From Chitinophaga pinensis (GTDB lineage Bacteria > Bacteroidota > Bacteroidia > Palsa-965), in contig CALRZN010000007.1 in the NCBI GenBank assembly GCA_943372645.1, positions 8,687-72,686 on the forward strand: a stretch of DNA of 64,000 bases, written 5' to 3'. A program made the translations under genes and the position numbers. The notes beneath the pieces were generated by a model. That model had not been told where the DNA came from. It saw only the letters and a program-made list of their open reading frames with translations, and did not search any database. Positions 46,169 to 54,779 of the stretch are shown piece by piece (position 1 is the stretch's first letter; each line of letters starts with the position of its first letter).

Positions 46169-48664
46169 ATGAAAAAAATATTACTTGCCGCCAGCCTGTT
46201 ACTTTCTGCTGAATGGGGTATGGCGCAGTTAAAAATAAACGAGTATTCCTGCGCCAACCTCAGTTCTGTTGCAGATAACTTTGGTGAATTTGAAGACTGG
46301 GTAGAAGTTTTTAATCCGGGTTCATCCGCAGTTCCGCTGAGTGGTTTTTACCTCAGCGATGATGCAGGCGATCCGACGAAATACCAGTTTCCGTCAACCG
46401 CTCCGTCTGTTCCGGCCGGTGGTGTGGTACGCATCTGGTGTTCGTCACGCAATATTGTTTTCGGAAGCAACGTACACACCAATTTTAAACTCACGCAATG
46501 TAAACCCGAAGAAATCGTACTCTCGAACAGCTCGGGAAATATGATTGATTCGGTGCAACTGCGCCGCAACCAGGAGTCGCACTCGTGGGGACGCAACCCC
46601 GACGGCACCGGCAGCTGGTCGGTTTACACTTCGCCGACACCTGCCGCACTCAACAGCACCGGCACCGCTATGCTGCCTTATGCTTCTACACCGGTATGCA
46701 GCGTGGGCGAAGGTTTTTATTCCGGCGCACAGAACGTTACCATCACTTCACCTGATCCGGGTGTTACAATTTATTACACGCTTGACGGTTCGGAACCGAC
46801 GACTACTTCAACGGTTTACAGTTCGCCTGTCAACATTGCAGCAGTGAAAGTACTGCGTGCCCGTGCATTCAGTTCCAACACCAGTGTGCCAGCGAGCTTT
46901 ATCCAGAGCAATACATATTTCATCGGCGTAACACATACAACCGCCACACTTTCTGTTTTCGGTGATGAAACCGACGACCTGCTGAACGGAGGCTGGGCCA
47001 CTTCCAATCCGCGCACCGGGTTCGAGTGGTTTGACAAAACAGGTGCCATCAAGGCCGAAGTAACCGGTGATGCAAACGAACACGGCAACGACTCGTGGGC
47101 GTATGATCAGCGTGGTTTCGATTTTGTTTCGCGCGATCAGATGGGGTACAACGATGCGATCAAATACAAACTGTTCCGCACGAAGAGCCGCCAGAAGTTT
47201 CAGCGCATCATTTTAAAAGCGGCCGCAAACGACAACTACCCGTTTGCACCGGGCAGCGGCGCGCACATCCGCGATTCGTATGTACACCACATGTCGGACC
47301 GCGGTGATCTGCACCTGGACGAGCGCAGCTGGGAATCGTGCGTGCTGTATGTGAACGGCCAGTACTGGGGCGTTTACGATGCGCGTGAAAAAGTGGACGA
47401 TGCCGACTACACCGATTACTACTACGATCAGCCCGATGTGAACAACCAGCTGCAGTTTATCAAAACCTGGGGCGGCACATGGAATGAATACGGCGGGCCG
47501 CAGGCTTCGGCAGACTGGAATACACTGCTGGCGTATATCAACGCCAACAACATGGCGGTGCAGGCCAATTACGATCACGTGGACAGCATTCTGAATGTGA
47601 AAAGTCTTGCTGATTATTTCATCATCAACTCGTGGGCGGTTACGTCTGACTGGCTGAACTGGAACACCGGCTGGTGGCGCGGACTTGATCCGGCAGGAAA
47701 AGCAAACAAGTGGCGTTACATCCTGTGGGACAACGATGCCTGTTTCGGACATTACATCAACTACACCGGTATTCCGGATACTTCACCGAACGCAGATCCC
47801 TGCGATCCGGAATCGCTGCCCGATCCGGGCGGACAGGGACACACCACCATCCTGAACAAACTGATGGATAATCCCGGTTTCAAACAGTATTACATCAACC
47901 GTTACGCAGACCTGATGAACACCACCCTGAAATGCGATTCGGCCATTGCATTGCTGAACAGTATGATCGGTGAAATTGATCCGGAAATGACCGGGCAGTG
48001 CACACGCTGGAGCGGAACCTACAGCACCTGGCAGAACAACGTTACCATCCTGCGCAATTTTATCCAGGCACGTTGCGTGGCCCTTGAGCAAGGGATGATT
48101 GACTGTTACAACCTCACCGGCCCGTACGACATTACCATTGATGTGGCCCCGGCAGGTGCAGGAACTGTGGATGTAAACTCCATTACACTGGATACCTATC
48201 CGTGGTCAGGAACATACTACGGCGGTATTGACATCATTCTGAAAGCAACACCAGCCAACAATACGTTTACGTTTGATTACTGGGAAATGGTTAACACTCC
48301 AGTTCCGTCAGCGAATGACGACAGCATAACCGTAAACCTGACCTCCAACGACAACATTATTGCGCACTTCAAAACAAATGATGTGCTGCTGAATACATTT
48401 ATGCCAACGGCATTTTCACCAAACGGTGATGGTAACAACGAGTACCTGACCATACACGGCCTCGAAAATGTGAAAAGCATTGACTTTGTTGTTTACAACC
48501 GCTGGGGGCAGCGTGTATTTACCAGTAATGAATACAACTTCCAGTGGGACGGTACCATGAACGGACAGAAATTAGATGCAGGTGTGTATGCCTACAAACT
48601 GACTGTAGTGGCTCCTGACGGACTGGAGTCGATGAAAACCGGCAATATCACCATCATGCGCTAA
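46169..48664 (+). CDS. CotH kinase family protein with lamin-tail and FN3-like domains and a T9SS type B (gliding-motility) C-terminal domain
   Basis: INEY..DWVEVFN..YLSDD (lamin tail), IYYTLDGSEPT, LYVNGQYWGVY..REK, DW..N and KWRYILWDND; C-terminal PTAFSPNGDGNNE..YNRWG..WDG. Confidence 0.88.
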   Translation: MKKILLAASLLLSAEWGMAQLKINEYSCANLSSVADNFGEFEDWVEVFNPGSSAVPLSGFYLSDDAGDPTKYQFPSTAPSVPAGGVVRIWCSSRNIVFGSNVHTNFKLTQCKPEEIVLSNSSGNMIDSVQLRRNQESHSWGRNPDGTGSWSVYTSPTPAALNSTGTAMLPYASTPVCSVGEGFYSGAQNVTITSPDPGVTIYYTLDGSEPTTTSTVYSSPVNIAAVKVLRARAFSSNTSVPASFIQSNTYFIGVTHTTATLSVFGDETDDLLNGGWATSNPRTGFEWFDKTGAIKAEVTGDANEHGNDSWAYDQRGFDFVSRDQMGYNDAIKYKLFRTKSRQKFQRIILKAAANDNYPFAPGSGAHIRDSYVHHMSDRGDLHLDERSWESCVLYVNGQYWGVYDAREKVDDADYTDYYYDQPDVNNQLQFIKTWGGTWNEYGGPQASADWNTLLAYINANNMAVQANYDHVDSILNVKSLADYFIINSWAVTSDWLNWNTGWWRGLDPAGKANKWRYILWDNDACFGHYINYTGIPDTSPNADPCDPESLPDPGGQGHTTILNKLMDNPGFKQYYINRYADLMNTTLKCDSAIALLNSMIGEIDPEMTGQCTRWSGTYSTWQNNVTILRNFIQARCVALEQGMIDCYNLTGPYDITIDVAPAGAGTVDVNSITLDTYPWSGTYYGGIDIILKATPANNTFTFDYWEMVNTPVPSANDDSITVNLTSNDNIIAHFKTNDVLLNTFMPTAFSPNGDGNNEYLTIHGLENVKSIDFVVYNRWGQRVFTSNEYNFQWDGTMNGQKLDAGVYAYKLTVVAPDGLESMKTGNITIMR

Positions 48665-48682
48665 GCGCAAAAAATCAGCGGG

Positions 48683-49714
48683 ATGAAAAAGCGGATACGG
48701 ATTTTTACGTGGTTGTTATTTGCAGCAGGCATTTCCATGCAGGCGCAGGACATTCATTTTTCGATGTTCAGTGAAACGCCCATGCACCTAAACCCGGCTT
48801 ATACCGGTTTGTTCAACGGGGTTTACCGCGTTTCGGCCAACTACCGCAACCAGTGGAAATCAATGGGGCATCCGTACACCACCATGGCCGCATCGTTTGA
48901 CATGCCAATTCCCGTGGGATTCGGGCAGCTGGGTGTGGGTGCTTTCCTGTACCAGGATAAAGCCGGTGATTCCAAATTCGGAACGTTCCAGGGATTGCTG
49001 TCCGCTTCGGCCTTGGTGCCGGTGAGCAGCAACGCAACGTTTTCGGCCGGGCTGCAGGGCGGCATCGGGCAGCGTTCGGCCACCATTGCTGATCTGCAAT
49101 GGGAAAGCCAGTACCAGAACGGTGCGTACGATCCTACTTTACCGGCGAATGAAGCCAACCTGCTTACGTCGTTTATCTATCCTGATTTTTCTGCCGGACT
49201 GGCCTATCATTACAAAAGCGTTGCTGAAAACATCCAGAGCCGCGAATACTGGAAGATTGATATCGGCGCTGCCTACATGCACGCCAACCGCCCGACGATG
49301 AAATTTTACAGCGGCAGCGAAAAACTGAATGCGCGCATTGTTGGTCATGTGAAAGCGCATTATGATTTTCCGGGAACCAAATGGGCGCTGCAACCTTCGG
49401 CTGTGTATATGATGCAGGGACCCGCCCAGGAAATTACCGTTGGCACCATGCTGCGTTACAAACTGAAAAACGGAACCAAAGTAACCAGCCTGCTCATGGA
49501 ATCGGGTGTGGCCGCCGGTGTGCATTACCGTGTGGGAGATGCCATTATACCGCAGCTGTATTACGACCTGGGTGATATGTTTATCGGCCTCGGGTACGAC
49601 CTGAATGTGTCATCGTACAAAGATGCAACCCGCATGAACGGTGGTTTTGAAATCTGTCTGCGGTATTCGAACCTGAACAGCGCGCTGTTTAAGAACAAGC
49701 GGCCGATCCGGTAA
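48683..49714 (+). CDS. PorP/SprF family T9SS membrane protein
   Basis: QDIHFSMF, LNPAYTG, NYRNQW and GYDLNVS..GGFEI; directly follows a type B cargo gene. Confidence 0.92.
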   Translation: MKKRIRIFTWLLFAAGISMQAQDIHFSMFSETPMHLNPAYTGLFNGVYRVSANYRNQWKSMGHPYTTMAASFDMPIPVGFGQLGVGAFLYQDKAGDSKFGTFQGLLSASALVPVSSNATFSAGLQGGIGQRSATIADLQWESQYQNGAYDPTLPANEANLLTSFIYPDFSAGLAYHYKSVAENIQSREYWKIDIGAAYMHANRPTMKFYSGSEKLNARIVGHVKAHYDFPGTKWALQPSAVYMMQGPAQEITVGTMLRYKLKNGTKVTSLLMESGVAAGVHYRVGDAIIPQLYYDLGDMFIGLGYDLNVSSYKDATRMNGGFEICLRYSNLNSALFKNKRPIR

Positions 49715-49722
49715 AACGGATA

Positions 49723-50574
49723 TCATCCCTTCATAATCCGCTCATTCAGCCAGTCCTGGAATTTTTTGGCCGTTGTGTTGAAGTACCGTTTCCCCTTGTA
49801 AGCGCCTACCCACTGCACGCCTTTGATGGCGTTGGTTAAAAACACCTCATCCGAGTTAAACATCACACTCATGGGCATGGGCACTTCATAAACGGCTACG
49901 CGGTTTTCGGCGGCCAGTTCAATCACCACGCTGCGCATGATGCCTTCCACACAGCCTTCGCTTACGGGGCAGGTGTACAGCACCCCGTTTTTTACGGCAA
50001 ACAGGTTGGACGAAGTGGTTTCCACCACGTTCATGGTTTGATTGATGATTACACAATCATCCATGTTTTCTTTGCGTGCATGTTCGGCGGCAAGCACATA
50101 AAACAGCGCGCTGGCCGATTTGATGTTGGAGAGTTTATGCAGCGGTTTGCGGAAATCCTGGTATATATCTACTGTAAGTCCTTTGGTCGAAAACGCGTAA
50201 TCTTCATCGGGCATGTGAACGGCTTCCAGCACCCAGCTTACGGTGTTCACGGCCGGCATATACAGTCCGCCGTCGTTTCGGTAAACCGTTAGGCGGATGC
50301 GTGCGCTGGTAGCAATGCCGTTGGCAAGCAGCAGCGTCTGGATCTGTTCTTCGAAATACGGTGCGTTGAAGGTGTCGGGGATTTCCATCCGCATCAGTTT
50401 CATGGTGCCGAGCAGTCGGCTGATGTGTTTTTCCAGGAAACAGACGCGGCCTTTTGCAAAACGGATGCTTTCGAAAACGGCATCGCCATAGCGGAACGCA
50501 CGGTTCGCTACCGAAACAAACGGCGCATCGGCCGGCTGCAGAAACCCATTTATGTTTATTGATCCTAACGACAC
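49723..50574 (-). CDS. Aminotransferase class IV (PabC/IlvE-like)
   Basis: NRAFRYGDAVFES, ETTSSNLF, GCVEGIMR and DEVFLTNA motifs. Confidence 0.9.
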   Translation of the reverse strand: MSLGSININGFLQPADAPFVSVANRAFRYGDAVFESIRFAKGRVCFLEKHISRLLGTMKLMRMEIPDTFNAPYFEEQIQTLLLANGIATSARIRLTVYRNDGGLYMPAVNTVSWVLEAVHMPDEDYAFSTKGLTVDIYQDFRKPLHKLSNIKSASALFYVLAAEHARKENMDDCVIINQTMNVVETTSSNLFAVKNGVLYTCPVSEGCVEGIMRSVVIELAAENRVAVYEVPMPMSVMFNSDEVFLTNAIKGVQWVGAYKGKRYFNTTAKKFQDWLNERIMKG

Positions 50575-50598
50575 CAGTACAATAATAAGAAGAAAAAG

Positions 50599-51087
50599 TC
50601 AGAGAATCAGTGAACCGAAGGGTCGCAGGGATGAATTGACTGCAATGCGGAAACCCCTCACCCCTGCCCCCGCACCCGCCTGCACGTCCTGCTCCTTGTC
50701 GCCGATAAAAAATGATTTTGCAGGATCAACCCCGAAACGGGCGATGGCCTTTTCCACCAACAACGAAGCGGGTTTCCGGCAGAGGCACTTCCCGGTATCG
50801 GGATGGTGCACGCAGTAATAAATGGCATCGAAAAACACACCTTCGCGGTGCAGCTGTGTATTCATAAACGCATGCACATCCTCCACATCCTGGCGGGTGT
50901 AAAAACCTTTGCCGATGCCGGTCTGGTTGGTAATAAGTATTAGCAGGTAACCACGTTCACGGAAGAGGCGCAGCATTTCAACAACATCGGGAAGCAGTTC
51001 GAAATCGGCCGTGCGGCATACAAATCCTTTATCGCGGTTTATTACCCCATCGCGGTCGAGGAAAACAGCTTTGTTTTTTTCCATCAC
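50599..51087 (-). CDS. gmhB: D,D-heptose 1,7-bisphosphate phosphatase (HAD-IIIA)
   Basis: FLDRDGVIN, ITNQTGI, CVHHP..CLCRKP and FIGD motifs. Confidence 0.85.
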   Translation of the reverse strand: MMEKNKAVFLDRDGVINRDKGFVCRTADFELLPDVVEMLRLFRERGYLLILITNQTGIGKGFYTRQDVEDVHAFMNTQLHREGVFFDAIYYCVHHPDTGKCLCRKPASLLVEKAIARFGVDPAKSFFIGDKEQDVQAGAGAGVRGFRIAVNSSLRPFGSLIL

Positions 51088-51704
51088 ATGCCGCTTTTTA
51101 TGCGGAGAATGAAGGTGCTCACCAGTTCAAACGAAATGGCTCCTGTAAACACAAGCCCGTATATCGCGCCCCAGAAATGTGCACTGTGGCCGATGTTATC
51201 GCGGCCCGAACGGGCCATAACCGTGGAATAAACCAGGTAAACGATTCCAAAAATCCAGAGCGGCAACCCGTAAAAAACTTTTGCAGTCGGGGCAATCAGT
51301 ATGGCGGCAAACATAACGGCCGAAATGGCACCCGAAGCACCGAGGGAATTAAAAAGCGAATTGTCTTTGTGTTCGAAAAAATCCCAGAGCGACGAAGCAG
51401 CAATAGCGGTAAGGTAAAACACCAGGAAAATGATGTGCCCGAAAGGCTGAAACTCCATCACCATGTAGACTTCCACAAACCGGCCCACGGAGTACATTGT
51501 AAGCATATTAAACAGCAGGTGAATCCAGTCGGCATGTAAAACACCATTCGTGAAAAAGCGCCACCACTCGCCGCGGTGACGGATGGCGTAGGCATTGAAC
51601 ATAAACTTGCGTTTGGCGTTCATATCAAACATGGTTTGATACGACAACAGCGAAGTCATTATTATAATCCCGATGGTGATGATATATAATTTCAGTCCTT
51701 CCAT
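51084..51704 (-). CDS. Rhomboid intramembrane serine protease
   Basis: WWRF, HADWIHLLFNM, GASG and AHFWG motifs. Confidence 0.93.
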   Translation of the reverse strand: MEGLKLYIITIGIIIMTSLLSYQTMFDMNAKRKFMFNAYAIRHRGEWWRFFTNGVLHADWIHLLFNMLTMYSVGRFVEVYMVMEFQPFGHIIFLVFYLTAIAASSLWDFFEHKDNSLFNSLGASGAISAVMFAAILIAPTAKVFYGLPLWIFGIVYLVYSTVMARSGRDNIGHSAHFWGAIYGLVFTGAISFELVSTFILRIKSGM

Positions 51705-51709
51705 CGCGA

Positions 51710-52228
51710 TCAGGGTTTAAGATATGTACCGGTCTGATGGCCGGCTGATTGTCCTTTCGGAATCGAAAGCGATTTCCAGTTTGCACCGCAATGCAGGCGC
51801 GCTACAAATACCAGCTGACCGGTGTGGTAACTGTAATGTGCCACCTGGCGGAAAATGGCCTGGAGCGCGGTAAGCGGTTCGTTGCGGATGGTAACCGTTT
51901 TTGCAAGGTCTTCTTCGGTAAGGCTGCGCAGCGTGGTGAGAAACACATTCCAGCCCTGCTCCCAGTATGCCAGCAGTGCAGCTTTGTCAGTAATGGTGGC
52001 TTCAAATTCCGCATCGCGGTTGCGCCATGCCTTTTCACCGTCGCTGGTCAGGAAATCGGTCCAGCGCGAAATCATATTTCCGGCAAGGTGCTGCATGATG
52101 ATGGCGATGCTGTTGGATTCCGTGCCCGGCGATAGAAAAAGTTGTTCGTCCGTAACCTGGGCGATGGCGCCATCGCACTGTTTTTTCATGCGCTCAAATT
52201 CGAAGATAAAAGCCGGAAGGAGATTCAT
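51710..52228 (-). CDS. DUF1572 / DinB superfamily protein
   Basis: NSIAIIMQHLAGNMISRWTDFLTSDGEK, RNRDAEF and HYSYHTGQ motifs. Confidence 0.9.
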   Translation of the reverse strand: MNLLPAFIFEFERMKKQCDGAIAQVTDEQLFLSPGTESNSIAIIMQHLAGNMISRWTDFLTSDGEKAWRNRDAEFEATITDKAALLAYWEQGWNVFLTTLRSLTEEDLAKTVTIRNEPLTALQAIFRQVAHYSYHTGQLVFVARLHCGANWKSLSIPKGQSAGHQTGTYLKP

Positions 52229-52359
52229 GCTTCAAATTTACGAGAATTTAATGATTGGCGGGATTTACTATTTGAGATGGAATGGGTGTGTGATTCAAAA
52301 AAATGGTATAAGCTCCTGTGGTGTTTGTTTTCCGGGCTGTATTCTTGTTTCGTTCGTGT

Positions 52360-52439
52360 TTTTGCGACTTTTGTGGCATTATATTATTTAGCCACGAAGA
52401 CGCAAAGGCACGAAGGGTTTCTGGAATGATTAATGCGTT
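52360..52439. repeat. Hairpin-containing direct repeat (copy 1)
   Basis: TTTTGCGACTTTTGTGGCATTA..TATT..GCCAC..AAAGGC.CGAAGGGTTT..AATGATTAATG.GTT, shared with 52771-52843. Confidence 0.85.
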
Positions 52440-52448
52440 AAGTAATCC

Positions 52449-52628
52449 TCAATTGTTTTGCAGCCACTCCTTATCATCCTTGTCAAGTTGTTCCTGGCTT
52501 ACCACCCGGTTATTCAGAATATCATCTTCACTCAATTCCAGTAACTGCTTTTGCGGCTCTGACAATGAAACAACATCGTCACGCTGCGTGCTGTCTTTCT
52601 TCGGTTTATCGTGGGAAGGATTAGTCAT
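52449..52628 (-). CDS. 59-aa orphan antitoxin-like protein (missing from the ORF track)
   Basis: MTNPSHDKPKKDSTQRDDVVSLSEPQKQLLELSEDDILNNRVVSQEQLDKDDKEWLQNN. The C-terminal pattern resembles addiction-module components that usually precede RelE/ParE toxins. Confidence 0.6.
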   Translation of the reverse strand: MTNPSHDKPKKDSTQRDDVVSLSEPQKQLLELSEDDILNNRVVSQEQLDKDDKEWLQNN

Positions 52629-52770
52629 TGGTTTTCTGAAAAATCAGTTTTGGGTAAATTTTATATTCGTGTTATTCAGTTCTAATTTCAGCAAAAAAAC
52701 GTAATCCGCAAAAAATGGTACGCTGTTCAACAGGTAAATATTCCTGTTTGTACTTATTGACTCATCTTGA

Positions 52771-52843
52771 TTTTGCGACTTTTGTGGCATTACACTATTT
52801 TGCCACAAAGGCTCGAAGGGTTTTATAAAATGATTAATGTGTT
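52771..52843. repeat. Hairpin-containing direct repeat (copy 2)
   Basis: CTTTTGTGGCA-ttacactattt-TGCCACAAAG hairpin; matches 52360-52439. Confidence 0.85.
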
Positions 52844-52870
52844 TACTCCGTTGAAATACAGAACGTACGT

Positions 52871-53434
52871 TCAAATCCCTGCCAGCAGCAACTTCACCTT
52901 CAGGATGCCGGTAACACTGAGGCTGTCGCGTATTTTTCCTTCGCGCACCCACTGGTAGGCCTGCTCAAACGGAACTTTCATTACACGCAGGTCTTCGGTG
53001 TCTTCGGGCTGGGCTTCGCCGAAGGTGAGTTCTTCTGCAAGGTACAGGATGCAATATTCATCGGTTGCCGAATTGCTCAGGTGCATGTCCTGGATCACCG
53101 TCCATTTTGCGGCCGTGATGCCGGTTTCTTCCAGCAGTTCGCGTTGGGCGGAAACGAGCGGATCAACACCGATTTTGCCGCCGCCTTCAGGAATTTCCCA
53201 GGTGTATTCTTCAATCGGGTAACGGTACTGCCCCACCAGCCACGTGTTTTGTTCCGCATCAAGCACGATTACCCCGATAGCGATGTTTTTAAAATGCACC
53301 ACGGAATAGGTTCCGGGATTGCCGTTCGGATTCAGCACATCGTGTTTGGTAACTTTAATCCACGGCGATTCATACACTTCTTCGCTGGTAAGCGTTTTCC
53401 AGGGATTGCCGCCGGTGTATTCAGGTAAGTTCAT
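52871..53434 (-). CDS. NUDIX hydrolase (ADP-ribose pyrophosphatase-like)
   Basis: QYRYP and the Nudix box WEIPEGG..SAQRELLEETG. Confidence 0.92.
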   Translation of the reverse strand: MNLPEYTGGNPWKTLTSEEVYESPWIKVTKHDVLNPNGNPGTYSVVHFKNIAIGVIVLDAEQNTWLVGQYRYPIEEYTWEIPEGGGKIGVDPLVSAQRELLEETGITAAKWTVIQDMHLSNSATDEYCILYLAEELTFGEAQPEDTEDLRVMKVPFEQAYQWVREGKIRDSLSVTGILKVKLLLAGI

Positions 53435-53439
53435 ACGGT

Positions 53440-54411
53440 TCAGATGTTGGGCAGGATGGCGGGGCGTTGTGTAATTTCATGGTAACACACCACATCACCT
53501 TTGCAGAAATAATGCGCCACGAGGCTCTTGCGCGAAAGCTGATCATTTACAACCGGCTCGCCACCGTGCAGCAGGTTGGCGTGCCAGATGAGCAGGTCAC
53601 CTTTGCGGGGCGTGAATACTTTTTTCTGCAGTTGTTTTTCAGCAACGAGCGCCGCGATTTTCTTTTCGTAGTTGCCGTACAAATCATCGCCCACAAACAG
53701 CGCGCTGCTGCTGTGATCAAAATCTTCACCGAGAATGTAAGGCAGTTTGTGGCTGCCGGGATAATAATGCAGCGGGCCCGAATCGGGTGAAATATCCTCC
53801 AGCGCAACCCAGATGGCGATGAGGTACCCTTCCGGTTCGGTGGTCATGTGAATAAAATCGGAATGCGTTTTCTGCCGGCTGCCTTTTAAAAAACTGATGG
53901 TCTGAAACGGCAACGTTTCGCGGTTGAGTGTGAAACTGAGCAGATCGAGCAGGCGTTTGTCGCTGATCACGGAACGGATGGTGGCGTTGTGTTTCCACGC
54001 ATTCATCACGCGCGAGTTGGTGTAATCAAAATCAACGGTTTTGGAATCAATCAGTTCCTGCAACTCGTTTGAAATGCGGTCGCAGGTTTCGGGTGCGACA
54101 AAACCATCAAGAATCATGTAACCGTTATCGGGCCAGCTGCTGATTTGTTCCTGCATCGCCTGCGGGAAGGCCGCGAAACGGGCATCGGCTTTGGCTTTTG
54201 CTAGTCCGCCCGGCATATCGAGCCAGGGATGTTCGGTGCTGTGGTTTTTAAAATCCTTGTGTGTAATGGATGACACCACACTTTTGGCAGCGCCGAATTT
54301 TTTATACAGGTTTTTATTCCGTTTCAGCTGGCTGTAATGCCCCATGTTGTACAGCACATGCAGCAGGCGCATGCGGCGCAGGGTTCCCCAGTATTTTTTC
54401 AGCAGGCTCAT
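53440..54411 (-). CDS. Phytanoyl-CoA dioxygenase (PhyH) family Fe/2-OG oxygenase
   Basis: HSD (HxD), WVALEDI, GPLHYYPGSHK, GDLLIWHANLLHGG and RKS; start placed at MSLLKK. Confidence 0.9.
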   Translation of the reverse strand: MSLLKKYWGTLRRMRLLHVLYNMGHYSQLKRNKNLYKKFGAAKSVVSSITHKDFKNHSTEHPWLDMPGGLAKAKADARFAAFPQAMQEQISSWPDNGYMILDGFVAPETCDRISNELQELIDSKTVDFDYTNSRVMNAWKHNATIRSVISDKRLLDLLSFTLNRETLPFQTISFLKGSRQKTHSDFIHMTTEPEGYLIAIWVALEDISPDSGPLHYYPGSHKLPYILGEDFDHSSSALFVGDDLYGNYEKKIAALVAEKQLQKKVFTPRKGDLLIWHANLLHGGEPVVNDQLSRKSLVAHYFCKGDVVCYHEITQRPAILPNI

Positions 54412-54510
54412 GGTGTAAAGATAGGATGAGAAACGGGATTCTGTATTCAAAAAAAGCAAGGCAATTACATCTGAAAAAGAAAAGCAATCCGTTTCATTAT
54501 TCCCTTTTTT

Positions 54511-54678
54511 GATGTTGTCGCGGATTTTGTTGGTTGCAGGTAAGCGGGGTAATCCGTAACAGCATACGATTTGCGCGTGTGTAATAACCCGCCTGTTCAC
54601 GATTCCACGCGCTTAAGCCTGTAGTTCAGCACGGATTAGCATCCGCAGTGAACTACACACAAAATCCGCGCTAACATC
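54511..54678. repeat. REP/MITE-like element with nested inverted repeats (copy 2)
   Basis: Outer arms GATGTTGTCGCGGATTTTGT / ACAAAATCCGCGCTAACATC, inner arms TAATCCGT / ACGGATTA. Confidence 0.85.
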
Positions 54679-54779
54679 ATTTTTATACGATTTCGGGCTG
54701 GTTTATTTTAGATGCGATTGCCCTGCAAAACCCGGCGCACATTTTAAAATCCTTTTAGCTTTGCATAAAATAACCTGTA

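Noticed and set aside
52360-52843. CRISPR array or integron attC array
   Set aside because: Only two long imperfect repeats about 330 nt apart, no cas or integrase gene, and no clear RYYYAAC/GTTRRRY ends.
54412-54600. N-terminal extension of the PhyH ORF
   Set aside because: It runs through the palindromic repeat at 54511-54678; ATG 54411 is the plausible start.
54680-54779. TPP or other riboswitch upstream of the TBDR-pnuC operon
   Set aside because: No CTGAGA core or other aptamer signature, and the -7 box is immediately upstream of the start codon.
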